This document shows positions 21,901 to 29,878 of a DNA stretch of 64,000 nt, one piece after another. Under the pieces are notes generated by a model. It did no database searches and was not told the DNA's origin. It worked only from the letters and a program-made list of their open reading frames with translations. The DNA lies in the NCBI GenBank assembly GCA_021325635.1, contig JAJPGV010000018.1, positions 94,412-158,411 on the forward strand. The letters are read 5' to 3'. The stretch's first letter is position 1; every line of letters begins with the position of its first letter. The translations under genes were made by a program, and so were the position numbers. The DNA comes from Chloroflexota bacterium (GTDB lineage Bacteria > Chloroflexota > JAJPGV01).

Positions 21901-22859
21901 CGCAGCAGCTCCACCAGGCCGGTCGGCTCCGGTCTCTCCTCCGGGGCATGGAGGCTGATCCAGTCGGCGAACAGTCCGTGCTCCCGAGCCAGCGCCGCGG
22001 CGGTGGCCACCCAGCATTCGTACAGCTCCAGCTGCTCGCTCAGCGCCGGTGGCACGCTTCCTTTGGGATAACGGGCCTCCTCCTGGAGCAGCGCGTCAAC
22101 GGTCGTTGCCAGGGCAAGCTCGGGGTCGATGGCTTCTTCCAGGATCCACTGCAAGCGCGCGTCGGGCGCGGGGGCTTCGTCCGGCGTGGCGTCCCGGTGC
22201 TTCTTGAGCGCGCGCCGCATGACGAACTCGCGCTTGAAGCGGTGCACGATCTCCGCCTCCTGAGCGCTGCGGGCAAACTCACGATTCCCCGGCTCCAGAC
22301 GGAACAGGTCGGCGATGAACGACGACAGCTGGCCGGCCATGCTCTTCAGCAGGTCGGAGCGCTCCGCCGCCTCAACAGCTTGGCCGGATTGGTAGGTTTC
22401 GAACCGGCTCCACAGCTCCGGATCCCGTGCTGCCACGCGCTGATGAAACATCCTGGTCAGTGTTGCCAACCGTTCGGGACGGTACAGATCGGCATACTCG
22501 AACCCTTCCAGCCCGAGCTGAAGCTCGCTGGGCGGCGCGACGAGCGCCTGTGGCGCTGCCATGTGCATTCCCGCCCGATTGGTCTTGAAAACGGTCGCCA
22601 TTCCATTCCCCTTTTTGTAAAAAGCTGCACGCATGGCATTGAGATGGATCCACCGCCGCATCCTGGGAGGCACGTTTGCTTCCTCGAAGATGGCCCCGGC
22701 TGGACACTCGAAGAGACAGACCGCGCAATCGATGCATTCTTCGGGCTCGACGTAGCGCAGGCCCGAGATGTCCGGGCCGTAGATGCATTCCGTCGCGCAG
22801 GCTCGGACGCAGGCCGGGTCTTTCTCCCGTCGGCACCGCCCCGTAATGACGTACGGCAT
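18987..22859 (-). CDS. giant fused flavoprotein: 7Fe ferredoxin + GltD/NfnB-like FAD/NAD(P) oxidoreductase with a 2x[4Fe-4S] region + PyrK/NfnA-like ferredoxin-reductase module
   Basis: The ORF spans 18987..23156 (1389 aa); the likely ATG at 22859 (MPYVITG, preceded by GAAGGGGA) gives 1291 aa.
- FdxA-like ferredoxin: PYVITGRC...CVRAC...CIY...CIDCAVCLFECP.
- GltD-type Cys cluster region: CVLCQ...C...CP...CNDCMKSC.
- Rossmann motifs: VLVDGLGPAGY and VVVVGGGLTAVD.
- PyrK/FNR-like C-terminus: RLQNYE...GPTGAP...GGGLGNA, with a terminal CMMKEVCGHC...C cluster. Confidence 0.75.
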   Translation of the reverse strand: MPYVITGRCRREKDPACVRACATECIYGPDISGLRYVEPEECIDCAVCLFECPAGAIFEEANVPPRMRRWIHLNAMRAAFYKKGNGMATVFKTNRAGMHMAAPQALVAPPSELQLGLEGFEYADLYRPERLATLTRMFHQRVAARDPELWSRFETYQSGQAVEAAERSDLLKSMAGQLSSFIADLFRLEPGNREFARSAQEAEIVHRFKREFVMRRALKKHRDATPDEAPAPDARLQWILEEAIDPELALATTVDALLQEEARYPKGSVPPALSEQLELYECWVATAAALAREHGLFADWISLHAPEERPEPTGLVELLRNDRLSPPVLEGPAWRMRRRDGFALTDRRWSTRRVLDHVHYCVLCQEREKDSCARGYPLPRSDGQFGRNELGVPLNGCPLAERIGEAHTLRREGDAVGALALVMLDNPMCPGTGHRICNDCMKSCIYQKQEPVNIPQIETNTLWEVLQLPWGVEVYGLLTRWNPLNVERPQTLPYNGVNVLVDGLGPAGYTLSQWLLNEGFGVVGVDGLKIEPLPKDLLWDKDLPPRPVKHFSELQEDLGERISGGFGGVAEYGITVRWDKNFLKLIYLTLMRRKTFRAYGGIRFGGTMTLDDAWKAGFQHVAIAAGAGRPTVLSIKNNLLPGIGGASDFLMGLQLSGAFKKASIANLTLRMPVVVVGGGLTAVDACTEALAYYPVQVEKTLSLYEQLAAEMGEEKLLATLSEEDRAILAEQLEHGRAIRAERERARLAGEKPNFLPLLQSWGGATLCYRKRIQDAPAYRVNHEEIQSFLEEGVRILECVEPNEAVPDRWGRLGSVIFDVLQESESGIWKESGETVTLPAGTLLVAAGTTPNIVYEKEHGGTFELDAGGKFFQPHRLENGRLVPAAGTRDDPGFFTSYEQDGRYVTFYGDNHPAFAGSVVKAMASARTGYKQVADLFPHRADAPTRKERRDRWRAWQSFTGDLDKILVARVDSVIRLTRNIVEIAIHAPYQAANFQPGQFYRLQNYETTAPVVDGRRLQTEGIALTGAWVDKRAGIVGLIALEVGASSRLCATLREGEPIVLMGPTGAPTHIPEGEQVVLAGGGLGNAVMFSLAGAIRANGNRVLYFGAYKSRDDVFHQDEIEASADQVIWSVDAGELIEPRRPQDLTFQGNVVQAMAAYDRGELGEQLIPLSSVDRLIAIGSAGMMAAVARSRHEVLAGRLNPQHLALASVNSPMQCMMKEVCGHCLQKHVDPETGAEMVVFSCFNQDQPMDEVDWKNLNDRLRQNSLAEKLTTLWLDSVFRRHPDLVHA

Positions 22860-23182
22860 ACCGGTCGAATCCCCTTCTTCGGGCGTCCTGACGCGCCGTC
22901 GAATGCTGTCCGAGCTCTTTGCCCTTCGTACTGCCGGCACGGTAAAGCCGGCATAAAGGAGCTGTAATGCGGCCATGAACGCGGGTTCCATCGCGGTATC
23001 CCAGGCGGCCTGCTGCTCGCGATGGGCTGTAACGCGGCTGAAGGAAGCGCTTGGACGCTTGGGCAGCCGCGTCGCGGCGGGCGCAACTGCTACAGTGTTA
23101 CCCAATGTATCGCTACCGTCGACGTTGATCTGAGCTTCGTCTCCGTCTAGCGCCACGGCTGGCGCACTGGCTGCTGCCGGTC

Positions 23183-24334
23183 GTGGTTCGCGCGCCGCTC
23201 ACATTGCTCGCGGCGCTGCTGTTCGTCAGCTTCGCCGACGAATGGGTCACCTACTGGCCCTTCGGGGCCCTCGAGCCTATCCGAGCCGGCCTCGGGCTGT
23301 CCTACGCCGAGATAGGCGTAGCCGTTGCATCCCTCACTGCCGGAGGCCTGGCCGGCCATTTCTTCCGGGTGGCTGCCGACTTCGTGCAGCTGCGCTGGCT
23401 GGCGAGCCTGGGAGCCGCCGGCGTGGCGATCGGGATGCTGACCTTCGGCCTTGGTCACTCCCTGCCTGTCCTGGCCGTGGGCGGCTTCGTTTGGGGTGGC
23501 GCCGTCGACGCCTTCCTTGTCGGCTGCGAGCTGGCCCTGCTCGACCTATGCCCGGACGAGCTCCCCACCGCCCTCGGCCGAGTGAACGCGTACGGCTCGG
23601 TGGGCGACCTGCTGGCGCCCGTGACCCTGGCCGGCGTGCTGGCATTGGGAGCGTCGTGGAGGGTGCTGTTCGTCGTGGGCGCAGCCTTCATGGTCCTGTA
23701 CGCGGTGGTCCTGGCGAGCCAGGTGTTTCCGGAGCGACACCGGCAACCGCCCGAACCGGCAGCTTCGGCGGTCTGGTCGGTGCTGCGCGATCCACGGGTC
23801 ATCCTGCTGGGTGTCATCGATGGCCTGCACGGATTGCTCGACGAGCCGCTCCTGGGGTACCTCAACGCCTTCCTCGAAGGGGTACGGGCGTGGCCGGCGC
23901 CGGCGGCCACCGCGCTGATATCCGCCATCGTTGCGGCCGGCCTGTGTGGCTACCTGGCCGTGCCGCCGATCAGCCGGCGCATCGAGCAGCGGTTGCTGCT
24001 GCCGCTGTTCGCCGCGCTGGTAGCCGCCTCTGTGGCGACGCTGGTGTTCGTTCCCGTCGGCGCCGTCGAAGTTCTCGGCGCGATCCTGTTCGGTTTCTGC
24101 GGCGCCGTGTTCTACGCCACGTTGGAGGCCACCTACCTTAGCCTCAGGCCCGGCCAGGCGGGTACGACAGGAGCGGTCGTCTCCGCCATCGGCCTGGCGG
24201 GCCTGGGATTTCCCGCTCTGGTTGGCGCGATTTCGGATGCGCGCGGCCTCGGCGCCGGCATGGCCGCCTACGTGGCCGTGCCGGCAGTGGTCGTGGTGCT
24301 CACCATCGTCCAGGCTCGCTGCTCGAAGCGGTAG
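23183..24334 (+). CDS. MFS transporter
   Basis: 383 aa, about 12 TM, with an MFS-like loop motif. Confidence 0.65.
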   Translation: MVRAPLTLLAALLFVSFADEWVTYWPFGALEPIRAGLGLSYAEIGVAVASLTAGGLAGHFFRVAADFVQLRWLASLGAAGVAIGMLTFGLGHSLPVLAVGGFVWGGAVDAFLVGCELALLDLCPDELPTALGRVNAYGSVGDLLAPVTLAGVLALGASWRVLFVVGAAFMVLYAVVLASQVFPERHRQPPEPAASAVWSVLRDPRVILLGVIDGLHGLLDEPLLGYLNAFLEGVRAWPAPAATALISAIVAAGLCGYLAVPPISRRIEQRLLLPLFAALVAASVATLVFVPVGAVEVLGAILFGFCGAVFYATLEATYLSLRPGQAGTTGAVVSAIGLAGLGFPALVGAISDARGLGAGMAAYVAVPAVVVVLTIVQARCSKR

Positions 24335-24350
24335 GGTGGGCGGCTTGGGC

Positions 24351-24965
24351 CTACGGACGGGGCCGTGGGAAGGGCAGCAGCTGAGGCACCTCGCGCCTGT
24401 AGGCTTCGTAGCGCTGGCCGAATGTTTCCAGCAGCAGGCGCTCCTCGGCGTGGATCTTCACCGCGAAATAGACCACGAAGATCGCGAAGGCGACCAGCGT
24501 GAGCGCGGCGCCGCTGGCCAGCGCGGTTCCCAGGAGCATGCCGGTCATCCCGGTGTAGATCGGGTGCCGCGTCACCCGGTAGGGACCCTCGATGTGCAGC
24601 TCATGGCGAGCCTTGATGGCCGGCTGGCTGGTCCACATCGTGCCCAACGTCCATCTGGCCCACATGGTGAAGGCGGTCGATACCAGCAGCAGCCCGAGGC
24701 CGGCGAGCTGCATGTCGAGATTCGCGAAGCTCAGGCTCGTCCACAGGCCATGGGGAACGAAACGCTCCGCTATCCAGACCAGGGCGACGCCGGCCAACCA
24801 GTTGCTCCAGCCGCCGGAGCTGAACCTCGAACCGGCTCGCTCGACCTGTGGGGCGCGCTGGCGGTTGTACAGCGCTCCGACGATCCACACGGCCAGGAAG
24901 AGGCCCCAGCAGCCGTAGATGACGGGGCTGAAGGGACTCGCTGTTGGAAGGATATCGATCTGCAT
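24351..24965 (-). CDS. isoprenylcysteine carboxyl methyltransferase (ICMT/PEMT)-family membrane methyltransferase
   Basis: C-terminal family motif RVTRHPIYTGM...EERLL...FG..Y..Y...VP in a multi-TM protein. Confidence 0.7.
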   Translation of the reverse strand: MQIDILPTASPFSPVIYGCWGLFLAVWIVGALYNRQRAPQVERAGSRFSSGGWSNWLAGVALVWIAERFVPHGLWTSLSFANLDMQLAGLGLLLVSTAFTMWARWTLGTMWTSQPAIKARHELHIEGPYRVTRHPIYTGMTGMLLGTALASGAALTLVAFAIFVVYFAVKIHAEERLLLETFGQRYEAYRREVPQLLPFPRPRP

Positions 24966-24967
24966 GT

Positions 24968-24997
24968 ATCTAGATTAGACTAATCTAGATTAGATAC
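24968..24997. promoter_or_regulatory. perfect palindrome TCTAGATTAGaCTAATCTAGA (also an 11-bp direct repeat), putative PadR operator
   Basis: Sits in the 52-bp divergent intergenic region between the ICMT-like gene and padR. Confidence 0.5.
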
Positions 24998-25017
24998 AAC
25001 GTACCGAGCGGAGATAC

Positions 25018-25539
25018 GTGTTGTCGTACCTCGATCTTGTCGTGCTGCGGGTGCTCGCCAAGGAGCCTGCCCATGGGTACGCTATTCGACAGCGGGTGGA
25101 GGAGATCATGGGCGGCACGGTCTCGCTGAATCCGAACGTCCTGTACCCCACGCTGCGGCGGTTCGAGGAAGCCGGCGCCGTCGAGAAGAGCGTGGAGATG
25201 CAGCAGGGCCGGCCGCCGCGTCATGTATACCGGCTGCTGCCTCGGGGTGAAGAGCTGTTCACGGACCTCTTGCGCGACTTTGGCCCCGACGAGGCGCGCA
25301 ATGCAGCGGAGTTCCAGACCCGCGTAGCCTTCTTTGACCTCCTGGAGACTCACGAACGCGATCGGATTCTGGATGCCCGCGACGCCGCGCTCAGCGAGCA
25401 GCTGTGGCACGTTCAAAGTCAACAGGAGCGCGCCAGGAATCATTGGTCCAAGCTGGTTACCCGGCATCTCATCCATCGGCTGGAGCTCGAACGCGCCTGG
25501 GTCCGGGAGCTGCGGCAGCTGGCTGGGCAGTCCGCCTGA
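25018..25539 (+). CDS. PadR-family transcriptional regulator
   Basis: N-terminal winged helix (LVVLRVLAKEPAHGYAIRQRV...NPNVLYPTLRRFEEAG) with a C-terminal coiled-coil extension. Confidence 0.8.
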   Translation: MLSYLDLVVLRVLAKEPAHGYAIRQRVEEIMGGTVSLNPNVLYPTLRRFEEAGAVEKSVEMQQGRPPRHVYRLLPRGEELFTDLLRDFGPDEARNAAEFQTRVAFFDLLETHERDRILDARDAALSEQLWHVQSQQERARNHWSKLVTRHLIHRLELERAWVRELRQLAGQSA

Positions 25540-25567
25540 TCGCCGACATTCGCAGCAATCGGGAACG

Positions 25568-26071
25568 TCAGCTCTCGAGCTCGACGAAGCCCACGTCCAG
25601 CACGATTGACCCGCTGAGCCCGTCAGGCGCAGCGAAGTGGACCTCCATCCGGCTGCCCGTCGGCAGATCTTCCGTGATGGCCAGCGTGATATGCGCATCG
25701 CCGCCGGCTCGGATTGGGAAATAGCGCATCGGCTGTGTATCGCGCATGATGCTCAAGTAGATCATCGCCTCGCTCAGGTTGCCGGCCCGCAGGTAGAGCA
25801 GCCTGGCCTGCTTTCCGCCAGGGACCGTGTAGATCAGGTTAGGATTGAGCAGTCCCGACGTATACCAGCCGGCTCCCACAAATGGGAAAACGCCCTGCAG
25901 GAAGAGAGGCCGCGCCAGGCCGCGTCGCATCAAGGCCTCGATGCGGCTCTCCACGATCAGCGGCTCGCGATCCCAGCCTTCGTGACTCAACACTGCTTCG
26001 TCGTCAAACCAGAGTCGACTCATGCGGTTGACAGTATAGGCACGGATAAGCCGCGCTGCTTTGTGCAACAT
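25568..26071 (-). CDS. hypothetical protein
   Basis: 167-aa ORF; start uncertain (alternative MSRLWFDDE). No clear domain. Confidence 0.35.
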   Translation of the reverse strand: MLHKAARLIRAYTVNRMSRLWFDDEAVLSHEGWDREPLIVESRIEALMRRGLARPLFLQGVFPFVGAGWYTSGLLNPNLIYTVPGGKQARLLYLRAGNLSEAMIYLSIMRDTQPMRYFPIRAGGDAHITLAITEDLPTGSRMEVHFAAPDGLSGSIVLDVGFVELES

Positions 26072-26317
26072 GCATAGTCGTAATTAGGCACTTGCGCCCA
26101 GTTTGTTTCCATTACGTTTCGACTTATTGACTTTGCCCAATAGGCGTCCGTAGACTGCGATCAGGCCGCCGGAACCGGTAGCGGGTTCTCGGAGCGGTTT
26201 CGCAGCAATGGGGCTGGCGCGCGAGGGTGCGGTCACTCTTGGGCCGCCGCCCATTCGATGGGGCTGTTTCCCTTGTGGCCGCCTGTCTTCCGCCAGCGGA
26301 TAAGGAGTTGGGACGGC

Positions 26318-27760
26318 ATGCCACGCACATGGATCGAGCACTGGAATCCCGAGGACGAAGGGTTTTGGGAGGCGACGGGCAAAGCGATTGCCCGGCGGAA
26401 CTTGATCTTCTCGATCTTCGCCGAATTCCTGGGCTTCGCCGTTTGGCAGATCTTCAGCGTCGTGGCGGTGAACCTACCGAACGCCGGCTTCACGTTCTCC
26501 GTCCCGCAGCTGTTCCTGCTTGCTTCGCTGCCTGGGCTCGTGGGGGCTACCATGCGCTTCCCCTACACGGTGGCCGTGCCTAAGTTCGGCGGTCGCAACT
26601 GGACTATCGTCAGCGCCCTGCTGCTGCTCGTTCCCACCTCGCTGGTGGGCGTCCTGGTCCAGCACCCCAGCACTCCCTTCTGGGCGTTTGCCATCGCGGC
26701 AGCCAGCGCTGGCTTCGGCGGTGGCAACTTCGCCTCCAGCATGGCCAACATCAGCTTCTTCTATCCCGACAAGCACAAGGGCCTGGCCCTCGGATTGAAC
26801 GCCGGTGGCGGCAACCTGGGCGTCAGCGTGGTGCAGTTCGCGATCCCGTTTGCCATCACCGTGAGCCTGTTTGGGCCCTTGGCCGGCGCCCCCGAGACGC
26901 TGATCAAGAACGGCGCTGCCGCCGGCCAGTTGTGGCTGCAGAACGCCGGCTTCTTCTGGATCCCGCTCATTCTGCTCGCCGTCATCTGCGCCTGGCTGTT
27001 CATGGATAACCTGTCGGTCAGCCGAGCCAGACTGGCCGACCAAGCCACCATCCTCAAGAGCAGGCACACCTACCTGCTGTCGTGGCTGTACATCGGCACC
27101 TTCGGCTCGTTCATCGGTTACAGCGGCGCCTTTCCGCTGCTCATCAAGACGCAGTTCCCCGGCGTCAACCCGCTGCAGCTTGCCTTCCTGGGGCCTCTGG
27201 TTGGCTCGCTCATACGACCCGTGGGCGGCTGGCTGTCGGATCGCCTGGGTGGCACGTACGTCACGCTGTGGAACTACGGCATCATGATCGTGGCTGTCGC
27301 CGGCGTCATCGCTTCGCTGAGCGTCCACAACTTCGGCAGCTTCTTCGCCTGCTTCATGCTGCTGTTCGCCACAGCCGGGCTGGGCAACGGCTCGACCTTC
27401 CGCATGATCCCATCGATCTTCCGGAGCATGCATCTCGCGCGGGCGGAGCGCACCGGACAGGACCGAGCCCTCGCGCTCAAGGAAGCGGGCAAAGAGACAG
27501 CTGCGTCACTGGGTTTCGCGGGCGCCGTCGGCGCTTACGGCGGGTTCCTCGTGCCAAACAGCTACAGCACCTCGATCGCGGCCACCGGCGGCGTCCAGGC
27601 AGCCCTGTGGGGCTTCATCGGCTTCTACGTCACCTGCATCTTCATCACCTGGGCGGTGTACCTCAGGCCGGAGATGGGGCGGCGCCGAACGGCGGCGGCT
27701 CAACCTGGGGTCATGGCAGCTGGCGACATGGCTGTCCCGGAAGCGGAGGCCGTAGCCTAG
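26318..27760 (+). CDS. narK: nitrate/nitrite transporter, MFS NNP family
   Basis: NNP signature regions (GFAVWQIF..., AAASAGFGGGNFASSMANISFFYP, GLNAGGGNLG). AAGGAG RBS before the ATG at 26318. Confidence 0.85.
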   Translation: MPRTWIEHWNPEDEGFWEATGKAIARRNLIFSIFAEFLGFAVWQIFSVVAVNLPNAGFTFSVPQLFLLASLPGLVGATMRFPYTVAVPKFGGRNWTIVSALLLLVPTSLVGVLVQHPSTPFWAFAIAAASAGFGGGNFASSMANISFFYPDKHKGLALGLNAGGGNLGVSVVQFAIPFAITVSLFGPLAGAPETLIKNGAAAGQLWLQNAGFFWIPLILLAVICAWLFMDNLSVSRARLADQATILKSRHTYLLSWLYIGTFGSFIGYSGAFPLLIKTQFPGVNPLQLAFLGPLVGSLIRPVGGWLSDRLGGTYVTLWNYGIMIVAVAGVIASLSVHNFGSFFACFMLLFATAGLGNGSTFRMIPSIFRSMHLARAERTGQDRALALKEAGKETAASLGFAGAVGAYGGFLVPNSYSTSIAATGGVQAALWGFIGFYVTCIFITWAVYLRPEMGRRRTAAAQPGVMAAGDMAVPEAEAVA

Positions 27761-29878
27761 GTGCAGGCGCTCCTGGAACAGCCGGCCGGGGTTGGTGTGG
27801 CGACCCACTGCCCGTACTGCGCCCTGCAGTGCGGCATGGTCCTCCGCCCCGAAGGCGGTCGCCTGGCGGTGACGGGCCGAGCCGATTTCCCGGTGAATCG
27901 CGGCGGGCTGTGCCTCAAGGGCTGGACCTCGACGGAAACAGTGAACCACCCCGACCGCCTTCGGGCGCCGCTTGCGCGAGACGCCGCGGGGCGGCTGGTG
28001 GAGGTGAGTTGGGACGTCGCGCTGCAGCGCATAGCCGGCGCCTTGGCGGGCATACAACAACGTCACGGGCATGCCGCGGTGGGTGTGCTGGGCGGTGGGT
28101 CGCTGACCAATGAGACCGCCTACCTGCTCGGCAAATTCGCCCGGGTGGCGCTGCGGACGCCCAACATCGACTACAACGGCCGGTTCTGCATGTCCTGCGC
28201 AGCCGCCGGGCAGATCCAGGCGTTCGGCCTCGATCGGGGCCTGCCGTTCCCGATCGAAGACCTGGCATCGGCCGACGTCATCCTGCTGGCCGGCAGCAAC
28301 CTGGCGGAAACGATGCCCCCGGTCATGCGCCACCTCGAGGCGCAGCGGGCAGGCGGCGGAAAGCTCGTTGTGGCGGACCCGCGCGCCTCGCGCACCAGCC
28401 AGGCCGCGTCGATCCACCTGCAGCTGCTGCCGGGCAGTGACGTTGCGCTGGCCAATGGACTGCTGCACGCCTGCATCCAGCAAGGCCTGGTGGATCGCGA
28501 ATATGTTCGGGAGCGAACCACCGGCTTCGAGGCAGCGCGCGCGGCCGTGGCCGCCTACTGGCCGGCTCGGGTGGAGCGGTTGAGCGGCATTCCGGCGTCC
28601 CAGCTGGCCGAGGTGGCGGCGCTCCTGGGCAGCGCGCGGCGGGCCATCATCCTGACGGGTCGCGGCACCGAGCAGCACAGCCACGGGGTGGATTGCGTGC
28701 TGGCCTGGATCAACCTGGCACTGGCGCTGGGATTGCCCGGCCGGCTGGGCAGCGGCTTTGGCCCGTTGACCGGCCAGGGCAACGGCCAGGGTGGGCGCGA
28801 GCACGGGCAAAAGGCCGACCAGCTACCCGGCTACCGCAAGATCGACGACCCTGACGCTCGGCGCCACGTAGCGGCGGTATGGGGCGTCGAGGAGTCTGAC
28901 CTTCCTGGCCCCGGCCTCTCGGCCTACGAGCTGCTGGACAGCCTCGGGCAGGAGAAGGGCGTGCGGGGGCTGCTGGTGATGGCCACCAATCCGGCAGTTT
29001 CGGCGCCACGAGCCTTGCACGTCATCGACCGGCTGCGACAGCTCGACGTGCTGATCGTCGCCGACTTCTTCCTGTCCGAGACGGCCAAGCTGGCGGACGT
29101 CGTCCTGCCCGCGGCACAGTGGGCCGAGGACGGCGGCACGACCACCAATCTCGAAGGCCGAGTCATCCTGCGGCGAGCGGTCGCTCCGCTTGCCGGAGAT
29201 GCGCGCCCCGACTGGCGCATCCTGTGCGACCTTGCTCGGCTGCTGGGTGCAAGCGCGAACTTCCGGTTCGAGGGCCAGGGGGCGATCTTCGCCGAGCTGC
29301 GGCGAGCCAGCGCCGGCGGACCGGCCGACTACAGCGGCATCACCTACGAGCGCCTGGCTCGCGAAGACGGGGTGTTCTGGCCCTGCCCATCCGGCGATCA
29401 TCCGGGCAGTCCCCGGCTGTTCGCCGAGCGCTTCCCCATGCCGGACGGGCGTGCTCGTTTCCACGCGGTGAAGTACCGGCCGCCAGCCGAGGAAGCGGAC
29501 GCTCGATATCCCGTGATCGTCACCACCGGCCGAGTGCTGAGCCAGTACCAATCGGGCACGCAAACGCGGCGGGTGGCCGAGCTGGTTCGCCAAGCGCCTG
29601 AGCCGCTGGTCGAGATGCATCCATCCCTGGCCGCTCGCTTCGGGCTGCACGATGGCCAGATGGTGCGACTCCGATCTCGTCGCGGCAGCATCGCCCTGAA
29701 AGCACGGGTAACGAACAGTATTCGGCCCGACACGGTGTTCGTGCCGTTCCATTGGGGCGGCCAGCAGGCCGCCAACAACCTGACCAACCCGGCGCTCGAT
29801 CCGGTGAGCCGTATGCCCGAGTTCAAGGTGTGCGCGGCAGCTATCGAGCCCATCAGCACAGGAGGAGAGCTTGACTAA
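27761..29878 (+). CDS. nasA: assimilatory nitrate reductase catalytic subunit (molybdopterin oxidoreductase)
   Basis: N-terminal [4Fe-4S] motif CPYCALQCGM, a MopB domain and a C-terminal molybdopterin-binding barrel. The GTG start abuts the narK stop. Confidence 0.85.
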   Translation: MQALLEQPAGVGVATHCPYCALQCGMVLRPEGGRLAVTGRADFPVNRGGLCLKGWTSTETVNHPDRLRAPLARDAAGRLVEVSWDVALQRIAGALAGIQQRHGHAAVGVLGGGSLTNETAYLLGKFARVALRTPNIDYNGRFCMSCAAAGQIQAFGLDRGLPFPIEDLASADVILLAGSNLAETMPPVMRHLEAQRAGGGKLVVADPRASRTSQAASIHLQLLPGSDVALANGLLHACIQQGLVDREYVRERTTGFEAARAAVAAYWPARVERLSGIPASQLAEVAALLGSARRAIILTGRGTEQHSHGVDCVLAWINLALALGLPGRLGSGFGPLTGQGNGQGGREHGQKADQLPGYRKIDDPDARRHVAAVWGVEESDLPGPGLSAYELLDSLGQEKGVRGLLVMATNPAVSAPRALHVIDRLRQLDVLIVADFFLSETAKLADVVLPAAQWAEDGGTTTNLEGRVILRRAVAPLAGDARPDWRILCDLARLLGASANFRFEGQGAIFAELRRASAGGPADYSGITYERLAREDGVFWPCPSGDHPGSPRLFAERFPMPDGRARFHAVKYRPPAEEADARYPVIVTTGRVLSQYQSGTQTRRVAELVRQAPEPLVEMHPSLAARFGLHDGQMVRLRSRRGSIALKARVTNSIRPDTVFVPFHWGGQQAANNLTNPALDPVSRMPEFKVCAAAIEPISTGGELD

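Noticed and set aside
19902-22967. 1021-aa ORF on the plus strand (also the 467-aa ORF at 19843..21246 on the minus strand)
   Set aside because: The long plus-strand ORF is antisense to the giant oxidoreductase gene, and the 467-aa ORF is an alternative frame on its own strand. Both are Arg/Gly/Ala-rich junk translations.
27506-28810. 434-aa ORF on the minus strand
   Set aside because: Antisense to nasA.
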